This document shows positions 17,963 to 26,878 of a DNA stretch of 64,000 bases, piece by piece (within the stretch, counting starts at the first letter, position 1; every line of letters starts with the position of its first letter). The position numbers and the translations under genes were made by a program. The notes under the pieces were generated by a model. It ran no database searches. It had not been told where the DNA came from and saw only the letters and a program-made list of their open reading frames with translations. Source of the DNA: an uncultured cyanobacterium (GTDB taxonomy: Bacteria > Cyanobacteriota > Cyanobacteriia > Phormidesmidales > Phormidesmidaceae); contig CAVUFV010000012.1 in the NCBI GenBank assembly GCA_963740915.1, positions 5,483 to 69,482 on the forward strand, given 5' to 3'.

Positions 17963-19465
17963 TTGTCGGATGAAATTTTGAAGCAGGCCAGTGAGCAGGC
18001 CCCCGAAAGAGCCGTCAAACAAAAAGATCAGCGTCGGCGATCGCGTCTTTTTCTATTGTGTCTCATCATGAGCATTTTGGGCTTGCCGTGGCTGCTGTTA
18101 TTCGCTGGAGGGATGAGGGTTCGCCAACAGCAAGCGCAGCTAGATACCGCTTCAGATGCTTTTTTTGCCCGCATTCAAAGCTATCCACAAAATGCTTCTG
18201 CCCAAACGTTTGACCGACTTGGGGCAGATCTAGGCTTTTCACCTAATGCCGCTTACAGCCCTCAGCTTAATATCAATACTCAATCTGCTCAAGCTTACCA
18301 GTCGATTGAAGTGTCTTTAAATCACTTTCTAGACGAGCAAACCCGGCTCACAGCAGATCCAATTAGAGCACTTACGCCTGATTTAAAGGCCTATCTCAAC
18401 GTCCATCAGGGAAAAATATCGGCTGTTGAGCAACATCTTTTGGCACAAGCTGTGCCTCGCTGGTCAGTCGAACTAGAGCAAATGTTTGACATAGACTATG
18501 GATTTCCCGGCTTTACCAATGTGCTCAATCTCCAAAAGCTTCTGTTGCTCTCAGCCCTTGACAGCAGCCAGACCGGCCAAACTGCTAAGGTCTGGACAGC
18601 TCTAGAAGCCTCGTGGCAGCTCAATCAAACGCTCTCTCAGCGCCCTGATCTAACCTCGAAAGTCTTAGTCTCTGTCGTCGCTGAAAAACAAGCGGCGCTT
18701 TTGCGGCATCTCAACGATGTCCCGCCGCTTTGGCGATCGCGATTAGATCAGCAAATTCATTCTCTATCTGTACATCCATCTGCCTTAGACGGACTGCGAT
18801 TTGAGACTTGGCTACAGTACGAAATCTCTAAAAGATCGCTAGCTACAATACTCAATCAGTCTGCCCAAGAACTTACAGAAGAGCGCCCGACAAAGCCTTC
18901 AGGAGATCCGTTAGAGGAGCCTTTAGAAGGGTCTATAGAGAATTTTTCTAACCGTCTGCTGAAAAACTTTTCCCAAAAAATGAGCTATTGGTTTTCGCCT
19001 GCTTACTACTCGCAGCTGGTTCGCATTGAATCGCTGCAAGCTGCGCAGCGGGCCTTTAATCAGCTCGATAGGCTAAACGTGTGTTCAACCACGCGAATAG
19101 CAGCTGAGCAGGTCATGCAGGCAGAAAACACCTCGTGGCATCAGGCAATCGCGATGGATTCGTTTATCACCGTCCAAAGATGGAAATTAGCGGGCGATCG
19201 CCAGCTTAATCTAGAACTTACTCAAAAAGTCTTGCAGGCGAAACAAGCTTTCGAGACCAGCGGGCAATGGCCTGCAACTATTCCTGATTTAACCTCTCAA
19301 GCTTGCCCAGACAAGCATTGGGTATATGAGCGTAGCAACAATAATCAAGACATCAGCCTGTCATTGAGCCCTTCAATCATCGTTGAGCCCTCAATTCCTT
19401 TGAGCTATCACTCTACTGTTCCATCAGCTGCCCCATCAGATCCAACCGAGTCGAACCTTCCCTAA
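17963..19465 (+). CDS. Hypothetical membrane-anchored helical protein
   Basis: 500-aa ORF; basic patch plus one TM near the N-terminus; C-terminal ...SGQWPATIPDL segment loosely resembles pseudopilin motifs. Confidence 0.7.
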   Translation: MSDEILKQASEQAPERAVKQKDQRRRSRLFLLCLIMSILGLPWLLLFAGGMRVRQQQAQLDTASDAFFARIQSYPQNASAQTFDRLGADLGFSPNAAYSPQLNINTQSAQAYQSIEVSLNHFLDEQTRLTADPIRALTPDLKAYLNVHQGKISAVEQHLLAQAVPRWSVELEQMFDIDYGFPGFTNVLNLQKLLLLSALDSSQTGQTAKVWTALEASWQLNQTLSQRPDLTSKVLVSVVAEKQAALLRHLNDVPPLWRSRLDQQIHSLSVHPSALDGLRFETWLQYEISKRSLATILNQSAQELTEERPTKPSGDPLEEPLEGSIENFSNRLLKNFSQKMSYWFSPAYYSQLVRIESLQAAQRAFNQLDRLNVCSTTRIAAEQVMQAENTSWHQAIAMDSFITVQRWKLAGDRQLNLELTQKVLQAKQAFETSGQWPATIPDLTSQACPDKHWVYERSNNNQDISLSLSPSIIVEPSIPLSYHSTVPSAAPSDPTESNLP

Positions 19466-19552
19466 AAGGGTGTAAAAAAGGTCTAGAAAGGCAAAAAGCG
19501 CATTCTAGACCCAGCGATTATGATCTATTGAACACCTAGTCAAAAATTCCGG

Positions 19553-20336
19553 TTAGCTAACTGCTTTGATAGCCTTTTGGGAAATGCTATAGGTGCCGTT
19601 TTTACCGCGATACCAGCCACCATCACGAGCACCCGCAGAAAGAATGTTAGACACTCGGTTACGCGCTTTGAGAAACTGACTTTTGGGCATATCTTCTTTA
19701 AAAACTGCACTCATCACATCGGCAATTTTGAAAATATTGTTAGGCTGAGCCTGCAACACGCCTACAATCACATTGGGCAAAGGCGCTTTGACGTAGCTAT
19801 CTTTAACAAAACGCTGCCAGTTAGCTATTCTGCCGCTGCGCTTGGTCGTTTCAGGGCTCTTGCTGGTTTCGCTACTCTTTGCAGCACTCTTTGCAGCACT
19901 CTTTGCAGAATTCTTCGCAGTTTCTGCTTTAGAGCTAGTGGTACGAGTGGCTTTGACCTTGATGTCGGGAGCGGCCTTGGCCTTGGCTGCTCTTGACTTA
20001 GCAACCTTCACCTTACTTGCTTGAGCCGTTGCTTTAGAGCTCTTGGCAACCGTTTTCTCGGCACTTTTCGCTGCTTGAGCCGTCGTTTTAGCAGGTGCTT
20101 TAGCTCGCCGTTTTAGCGGCTGACTTGCTATCAGTACTGCCTACAGCCGCATTCACAGACGCGACTGTAGCAATATCAGCAGCAGCAATGTTCATTCCCG
20201 ACTCAAACATCGAAATTACAGTTTGAATCCCTTTGCGCTTTTCCTGTAGCTGATTGAGCTGAGCACTCAAAGCGTCTGCTTGAGCGGATAACTCAGAATC
20301 AACCTTTAGAAGTTGGGGCAAAACAGATGTGGACAT
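19553..20336 (-). pseudogene. Coiled-coil / Lys-Ala-rich / putative winged-helix DNA-binding protein, split by a +1 frameshift near 20105
   Basis: ORFs 20100-20336 and 19553-20011 join into 260 aa if one base is removed; both halves align to paralog 22949-23731. Confidence 0.8.
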
Positions 20337-20430
20337 AGGTCACTTTCTCCTGACTTTTGGTTATATTACTTTTGGTGGTATTAGCTGTGTTGACTGAAAA
20401 ACCTCGCAGTCCCCTTGATGACTTAGAGGC

Positions 20431-20600
20431 CATGAGCTTTGGGGCTATGAGCTTCGGGGCTATGAGCTTTGGGGCTATGACGTTACAACCAACTCAGCCA
20501 ACTCACTTTTTTAGCAACTCACTTTATTTAGCAACTCACTTTCTTAGCCGATTGGTTCTTAGCCGATTGTTTCTTAGCCGATTAGTTCTTAGCCGATTGG
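20431..20600. repeat. Cluster of short tandem repeats (15-bp GAGCTTYGGGGCTAT x3; 15-bp TTCTTAGCCGATTNN x4)
   Basis: Direct reading of the intergenic sequence. Confidence 0.85.
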
Positions 20601-21026
20601 CTAACTTTACCAGCCAACTCTACGGTTAATCTCGCATCTGTTTCATGCCAAAGCCCCACTCAAAGAAGCATTCAGCCTCTAGAGTAGGAGTTGGAGAGAA
20701 AAAGTTTAGCTGAAGATTTAGCTAAGTAGCTTATTGAGTAGTTTGTGGGTGCCTAGCTGAGTTTACAAAATGCCTTAAAGGGGACGTTTAAGGGGTGTCA
20801 TCAAGCAATAATCACGAAGAAATTCTTTACCGAAAGCGGCAATTTTGACCGTTTTTTACAGAAAACCCACCTGAAATGCTTTTAGACAAAATGGTCTCTT
20901 TTGAGAATAACACTAATTAAACATTTTCTTCTTGATAGATCAAGAGTTTTTTTGAATTTGCAAAAATTTAGGGGAGATTACAGGCAGGTGGAACTTTGAT
21001 ATTGCCTAAAAAATAGGCGATCAAAG

Positions 21027-21605
21027 TCATCTATCGGCCTGAGTGAGCCGAACGTGGGGCACGACGTATTTAATCAGCAAGAAAATAGTGATGAGTAGAA
21101 AAAGCCCTGAGGCTAACCCGATACGAATCTCTTGCCAAGACCAAAGACTCAGCAGCCCTATCCCAATGCCGTTAGCAACCAAAACAGCGAGGCGATCAGA
21201 GCGACCGAATGGCAGAACAGCCGGTGTTTGGCCGGGATGTAGCTGTACAGTTGCCAACAAATTGAACCAGAGCTGGCTGAAAATAACAGCGATCGCTCCC
21301 CAAGCCAGAGACAACAGCGCTAAATAAAAACCTGTTATTTCTAGAACAATAGTACTAACTACGACAGCGTAAAAGCGATTTAACCGAGAATCTTGAGGCG
21401 GTTCGGCCATCTGTTTGGCTTGCTGGGTCACGGCTGCAATATTGCTCAAATCAACCCACGCCATCCGAGCCAGTTCGGGGCAAAATAAAGTCATCGCCGC
21501 CGCCAGTAGGCGCTCTGCTGGCGTTGCTGCCGTAAAAATCTCTATGAACAGACCCACCCCAGCCGGGAGAAATAATACTGGAATCAGGGATTGCCAAGGT
21601 TGCAT
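21027..21605 (-). CDS. Hypothetical integral membrane protein (about 5-6 TM)
   Basis: 192-aa hydrophobic ORF; CPELARMAWVDL and SQLWFNLLA segments look conserved. Confidence 0.75.
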   Translation of the reverse strand: MQPWQSLIPVLFLPAGVGLFIEIFTAATPAERLLAAAMTLFCPELARMAWVDLSNIAAVTQQAKQMAEPPQDSRLNRFYAVVVSTIVLEITGFYLALLSLAWGAIAVIFSQLWFNLLATVQLHPGQTPAVLPFGRSDRLAVLVANGIGIGLLSLWSWQEIRIGLASGLFLLITIFLLIKYVVPHVRLTQADR

Positions 21606-21808
21606 AAGTGTTTGGGTGAATTTGGAAGCGGGTTAGCAGGTTAGCAGGCGACTTGTCGGGAGCGACCACAAAACTTGGCCACAAAACTTGCCAGAAGACT
21701 TGTCAGAAGACTTGCCAAACGCGGTAATAAATTACGCTGCTTCAAAAGCATACCAATGATTCAAGTGATTCCGGCTAACGTGTCTGAACCACCTATCTAA
21801 AACTACCT

Positions 21809-22729
21809 ATGGCTTCTTCAAGACGTTATATCCTCACCCTGTCTTGCCCTGATCGAGTGGGTGTCGTAGCGGCTGTTAGCGGCTGTTAGGGGCTGTTAGC
21901 GCTCTGATTGCCACTAATCAATAATTGGATCAGCGGGTTGGATCAGTGGGTTGGATCAGCAAAGCTCAGCCCCATTCTGAGCAATCCGGACAGCGTTTTT
22001 TTATGCCTCAAGAGATTTTGGCCAACTCTCTTCCCTTTGATCTAATCGACCTGCGTCGCCGGTTTTTATCTGTAGCTAAGCAGTTTGCGATGACTTGGCA
22101 AATTCGAGATACCAGCCCCAAAAAACGGGTGACGATTTTGGGCTCTCAAAGCGGACACTATCTGTACGATTTGCCTGTATGATTTGCTGTCTCGGTGGTG
22201 GAGTGGCGATCTAGATATTGAGATCGCCTGTGTGATTTCTAATCATGATTTGTGTTTAGAGGACTGGCGGAATAGCACGGTACTCCCTATTACTACGTGC
22301 CTGTGACGCCTGCAAATAAGGCCGCTGCTTTACGAGGAAATAGAGGCCCATTTTGAAGCGAATCAAGGCGATGTGATGGTACTAGCGAGATATATGCAGA
22401 TTCTGTCGGCGCAAAGGTGCGATCGCTACGCAGGACGCATCATCAGTATCCACCATTCTTTTTTTGCCCTCTTTTATGGGCTCTAAGCCCTATCAAAGCC
22501 CATGAGCGCGGCGTCAAGCTGATCGGGGCAACCTGCCATTACGTCACCGAAGATCTCGACTGCAACCCGATTATCGATCAAGGCGGGCTGCGCATTGATA
22601 CTTCGACTCATCAAAAGATCTCGTTCGCTTTGGCAAAGATATTGAAAAGACAGTTCTAGCCAGAGGCTGGCGCTATACGTGGAAGATCGAGTACTCGCGT
22701 ACAACCGCAAAACGATTGCATTTTTCTAA
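21809..22729 (+). pseudogene. purU: Formyltetrahydrofolate deformylase pseudogene
   Basis: Fragments in shifting frames: MASSRRYILTLSCPDRVGVVAAVS (ACT), GHYLYDL, IACVISNH, VLARYMQILS, AHERGVKLIGATCHYVTEDLD, EDRVLAYNRKT; several frameshifts and stops. Confidence 0.9.
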
Positions 22730-22948
22730 GGTGTGTTTCGCTAATGCCGTCAAAAATGTTACACAATGTTGTTCAAGGTGAGCGGAACGGTCACAGAAGG
22801 CGCTACACTCACCTTTATATCAAAGATTGTCTTTGTTGATTGCCTGGGGCGAGGCTCAAGTTAACACCTCACACAGGCATGTACAAGGAATTTGCACCCA
22901 TCTTACGACTACCTAACAACTACCTACCCCTATGAGGATTTTATAGAC

Positions 22949-23731
22949 ATGAGTGATCCTGTCCTTTCCCAACTCGTTGCCGTTGAGGGCGATCTCGCTC
23001 AGCAATCCGAGACTTTGGCCATGCAGATCAGCCGCATTCAAGAGCAGCGTCAGGGCTTGCGCACGGTAATTAATATGTTTCAAAGTGCCAATGGTGAGGA
23101 GATAGAAGCGCTGTCCACAGCCTCTACGCCAGTTGCATTCCCTGATGAAGCTACATTAGCCGATAAAGAAGCGCCAGATACTGAGCCAGCAGCGGGCAGG
23201 AAGGGAGAAGTCGAAGAGGCTGAAGTCGAAGAGGCTGAAGTCGAAGAAGCTGAAGTTAAAGAGACAGAAGTCGAAGAAGCTGAACCAAAAGCAGAAAAAG
23301 CCGCGGCACAGAAATCTGTAGCAAAGAAAGGGCAAACCAAGAAAGTAGACACGAAAACGACTAAGCCGAAATCAGCGGCGGCTGAATCTGCAACCAAATC
23401 TGTAGCCAAAAAGCCTGCTGCCAGAGCAGAAGGTATCAAAAAGAAAAAAGATGGTAGGGCGGCTACTTGGCAAAAATATGTTCAAGCTGATTACCGTGAC
23501 GCAGCTCTGCCTGAAGCTGTTAGCAGCGTTTTGCGCTCTCAGCCGTCAGATATTTTCGCGATCGCCGATGTGATGTCTTCTATTTTTAGAGAAGATATGC
23601 CGCGGCCTTCCTATCTCAAGGCTCGCAACCGCATCTCTAATATCTTGTCAGCTGGCGCGCGCGACGGCACTTGGTATCGGGGCCGTAACGGTCGCTATTC
23701 TCAGTCAGAAAGCGTGATGAAAGCGAAGTAA
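22949..23731 (+). CDS. Coiled-coil / acidic then Lys-rich linker / putative winged-helix DNA-binding protein (intact paralog)
   Basis: 260 aa; N-terminal heptads; EVEEA repeats; K/A-rich linker; conserved C-terminal domain LKARNRISNILSAGARDGTWYRGRNGRYS. Confidence 0.85.
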   Translation: MSDPVLSQLVAVEGDLAQQSETLAMQISRIQEQRQGLRTVINMFQSANGEEIEALSTASTPVAFPDEATLADKEAPDTEPAAGRKGEVEEAEVEEAEVEEAEVKETEVEEAEPKAEKAAAQKSVAKKGQTKKVDTKTTKPKSAAAESATKSVAKKPAARAEGIKKKKDGRAATWQKYVQADYRDAALPEAVSSVLRSQPSDIFAIADVMSSIFREDMPRPSYLKARNRISNILSAGARDGTWYRGRNGRYSQSESVMKAK

Positions 23732-23808
23732 TTACCGCCAGCAAGCGATCCATTCGGCTTGTTTGCAGCTACTGCAAAAGTTACTGCGAAAGTTACGAAA
23801 TCAAAAGT

Positions 23809-23837
23809 AAGGGCAACTCATGGTGTTGCCCTTTTTT
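23809..23837 (+). terminator. Rho-independent terminator
   Basis: AAGGGCAAC-TCATGGT-GTTGCCCTTTTTT. Confidence 0.75.
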
Positions 23838-23894
23838 GTGGGTTGCTTTTTGTAGGTTACCTTGTTCTATGCAGATGTTTTGAGGAGGACGAAC

Positions 23895-24671
23895 ATGGCT
23901 ATATATAATCCTTGGATAGTGGCCATTGGGCTAAATACAGGCTTGATAGCGATCGCTTTTTTGCTGCCTAAAAAGTTTTTGACCCCGGCGGGCTACGCCC
24001 ATGCTTGGCTGCTGGGTGTAATTGTATGGGCTAGCTTGGGCTGGCAAGCCTACGTCGTGACACTGTTCTATTTCTTGGTAGGCTCAACGGTGACGAAGGT
24101 AGGCATGGCCCAAAAAGAAGCCTATGGCATTGCTGAAGCTAGAGGTGGAGTGCGCGGCCCCGGCAACGTGTGGGGCTCAGCGTTTACCGGTGCCGTTTGT
24201 GCTATTGCCTTTTTAGCGCTGCCTTGGCTCTACCCAGGCTCATTTGCACTCATTTCCCAATGGCACGCTCTATTAGCATTAGCCTTTGTCGCCTCGTTTA
24301 GCACCAAACTATCCGATACAACGGCTACCGAAATTGGCAAAGCCTACGGACGGCGCACCTTTTTAATCACGACCTTACAGCCTGTTCCTCGGGGCACAGA
24401 AGGGGCTATCAGCCTAGAAGGAACACTAGCAGGAGTCGCCGCATCAATTGCCTTAGCAGCAGTCGCTTGGGCCGTTTGGCTAATTCCTTTGGTCGGGGTG
24501 GGAATTTGTGCGATCGCTGCTTTTTTGGCGACCAGTGCCGAAAGCCTGATTGGCGCAACTCTAGAAGAGCGCCTGAGCTGGCTGAGCCATGATTTGGTCA
24601 ATATCATCAATACGACTATCGGCGCGGTTATTGCCCTCATTTTAGGCTGGCTTTGGCTAGCAGGGTTTTAG
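23895..24671 (+). CDS. TIGR00297/DUF92 membrane protein (VTE6-like phytyl-phosphate kinase family)
   Basis: GVRGPGNVWGS, STKLSDTTATEIGK, VPRGTEGAISLEGT, ESLIGATLE. Confidence 0.9.
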   Translation: MAIYNPWIVAIGLNTGLIAIAFLLPKKFLTPAGYAHAWLLGVIVWASLGWQAYVVTLFYFLVGSTVTKVGMAQKEAYGIAEARGGVRGPGNVWGSAFTGAVCAIAFLALPWLYPGSFALISQWHALLALAFVASFSTKLSDTTATEIGKAYGRRTFLITTLQPVPRGTEGAISLEGTLAGVAASIALAAVAWAVWLIPLVGVGICAIAAFLATSAESLIGATLEERLSWLSHDLVNIINTTIGAVIALILGWLWLAGF

Positions 24672-24831
24672 CGGGCTCCTTTAGCAGGGCTTAGATTAGG
24701 TCAACTGCTGCCTCAAACTAGGCCAAAATGCTGACTTTAGAGGTTTCTGAGGTCAGCATTTGAGGAGAAAGGTATATGTTTTTTTCAAAAAAGAATATAA
24801 AATGTAGCTATAAGTAGGATAAGTAAAGCAA

Positions 24832-24955
24832 TAGTCGAAGCCAGCCAGTCGAAGCCAGCCGATGGGCTTGCCGATAGACTTGCCGATAGACTTAGATTGC
24901 CAATAGACTCCAATAGACTTAGATTGCCAATAAACTTAGATTGCCAATAGACTTA
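24832..24955. repeat. Nested short tandem repeats (AGTCGAAGCCAGCC x2, CTTGCCGATAGA x2, ACTTAGATTGCCAATA x3)
   Basis: Direct reading of the intergenic sequence upstream of the thioredoxin gene. Confidence 0.8.
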
Positions 24956-25125
24956 GCTTGTCGGACTTACCCTAAAGTCAGCTTAAAATTAGATATAAAC
25001 AGCTTTTTCTGAGCCCACCTCCAATGCACCCCCGTTTCATGGCTAAATGATGCGAATCAAGCGCTAGTTCAAACTGCCTCCATCAGCAATAAAAAAAATT
25101 TAACAAACATTAAGAGCCCCCACCT

Positions 25126-25488
25126 ATGATGATGACGACGGTTACTGAAGAAACCTTCCAGCAAGAAGTCCTAGCCTCTTCAGTCCCAGTTTTTGTTCAT
25201 TTTCAAGCGCCTTGGTGTAGCATCTGCCGACTAATTTCACCCGTTTTAACGAGCGTACAGCCTGACTGGCCAACTTCGCTGAAAATCGTTACAGTCAATG
25301 CCGATGACAACCTCAAGCTGGCCAATCGCTATCAGCTCAAGACCTTGCCCACGCTGCTTTACATTCAAGACGGCAAAGTTTTACATCGCATCGAAGGCTT
25401 CAAAAGCCGAGAGGCGCTGCGAACCCAGCTCAACGGCATTGCCCATAGCTCTCGGCTTTCAGAATATATCTTGTCTCACTCAGCCTAG
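25126..25488 (+). CDS. Atypical thioredoxin (TrxC-like, WCSIC active site)
   Basis: FQQEVL...VHFQAPWCSICR...VNADDNLKLANRYQLKTLPTL; resembles cyanobacterial TrxC (WCGL/VC). Confidence 0.85.
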   Translation: MMMTTVTEETFQQEVLASSVPVFVHFQAPWCSICRLISPVLTSVQPDWPTSLKIVTVNADDNLKLANRYQLKTLPTLLYIQDGKVLHRIEGFKSREALRTQLNGIAHSSRLSEYILSHSA

Positions 25489-25605
25489 ATCTGAATTAAG
25501 TCTAAATATCAGGGTCAAGCGTTGACGCTGCCGTAGGGCCGCATCGAATTTAGCCAGGCAGTCTGGCTTGAAGCCTAGAATTAAAGTGCGATCAGGCAGT
25601 TTGGC

Positions 25606-26706
25606 TTATAGATAGCCCTGTAGCAGTATATCTGCACCTACTGAGGTGACACTCAGCCGAGTCAGCGCTTTTGCCTGAGTCATTTTTTCTAGGCCAAGGT
25701 CTCCGATAGGCGTGGGTGCACTCGTTCCACCAATGATTTTGGGGGCAATAAATGTCCATACTTTTTGCACGGCACCTTCGGCGATCGCTGCTGCCGCCAA
25801 CGTGCCGCCGCATTCCCACAAAACGCTGAGCAGGCCGCGTTGATACAGCGCCTGCATCACAGCTGTTGGCGTTAGATGATCTAGGCTCAGCACCTCAACG
25901 CCCTGCTGGGTGAGGGCTGTCGCAACCGTCACATCAGCGCCTGAGTGGGTAATCACCAAAGTAGGGGCAATCGCTGTATCCCAAAGATGTGCAGCCGTGG
26001 GCAAGTTGAGCTGACGGCTCATGACAACACGCAGGGGATTGCGATCGCCTTCCCCATGACTAGTGAGGTGAGGATTATCTTTGCGCACGGTGTTGCCGCC
26101 GACAATCACCGCATCGCACTGGCTGCGAAGCTGATGAACGCGCCGACGTGAATCGGGGCCGCTCACCCAAGCGCTATGGCCGGTGGTGGTAGCAATTTTA
26201 CCGTCGAGGGTCATAGCATATTTTAAGATACCAAAGGGCTGATGGTGAATGACTCGATGGATAAAGGCTTCATTGAGCTGACGGCAGCGATCGCCTTCCA
26301 CGCCTACCGTCACCTCAATCCCGGCTGTGCGCAGCTTTTCAACCCCGCCACCAGCCACCGGATTTGGATCTTTCATGCCAATAACGACCCGCTTTATCCC
26401 CGCTGCAATGACCGCTTCGCTACAGGGCGGCGTTCGGCCCCGATGATTGCAAGGCTCTAAATTCACATAAAGCGTCGCTCCTTGCGCTCGTGCTCCGGCA
26501 GCGCGCAGGGCAAACACCTCGGCGTGAGGCTCACCAGCCTGAGGGTGATAGCCTTCTCCAACAATTTCATCGCCTTGCGTAATCACTGAGCCAACCAAGG
26601 GATTAGGCGCAGTGTGACCCGCTGCTTGAGCTGCCAACTCGCAGCAGCGAATGATCATCGCTACGTCTATCGGATCATCTGCGACATTATGATTGGACAT
26701 GAGCAT
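25606..26706 (-). CDS. ribD: Riboflavin biosynthesis deaminase/reductase
   Basis: PNPLVG, HAE, LEPCNH.GRTPPC, KYAMTLDGKIA, ECGGTL. Confidence 0.96.
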   Translation of the reverse strand: MLMSNHNVADDPIDVAMIIRCCELAAQAAGHTAPNPLVGSVITQGDEIVGEGYHPQAGEPHAEVFALRAAGARAQGATLYVNLEPCNHRGRTPPCSEAVIAAGIKRVVIGMKDPNPVAGGGVEKLRTAGIEVTVGVEGDRCRQLNEAFIHRVIHHQPFGILKYAMTLDGKIATTTGHSAWVSGPDSRRRVHQLRSQCDAVIVGGNTVRKDNPHLTSHGEGDRNPLRVVMSRQLNLPTAAHLWDTAIAPTLVITHSGADVTVATALTQQGVEVLSLDHLTPTAVMQALYQRGLLSVLWECGGTLAAAAIAEGAVQKVWTFIAPKIIGGTSAPTPIGDLGLEKMTQAKALTRLSVTSVGADILLQGYL

Positions 26707-26878
26707 AAGCGGTTAACTTAGTTTTGCAGCGATCGGCATTTACTCTTATAGGCTATCAGAGAGTCCCCTAGCACTTTGCCCCTACCTAAAAAGACGGGGG
26801 CTGTAAAGTTAAGTGAGCGATCAGTACCTGTAAGCAGACAATCCGCTAATAGCTGTTTTTCTTCTTTTTAATTGACCT

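Noticed and set aside
20357-20629. 90-aa ORF with AMSFG and LSRL repeats
   Set aside because: Open only because of 15-bp intergenic tandem repeats; TTG start and no protein-like features.
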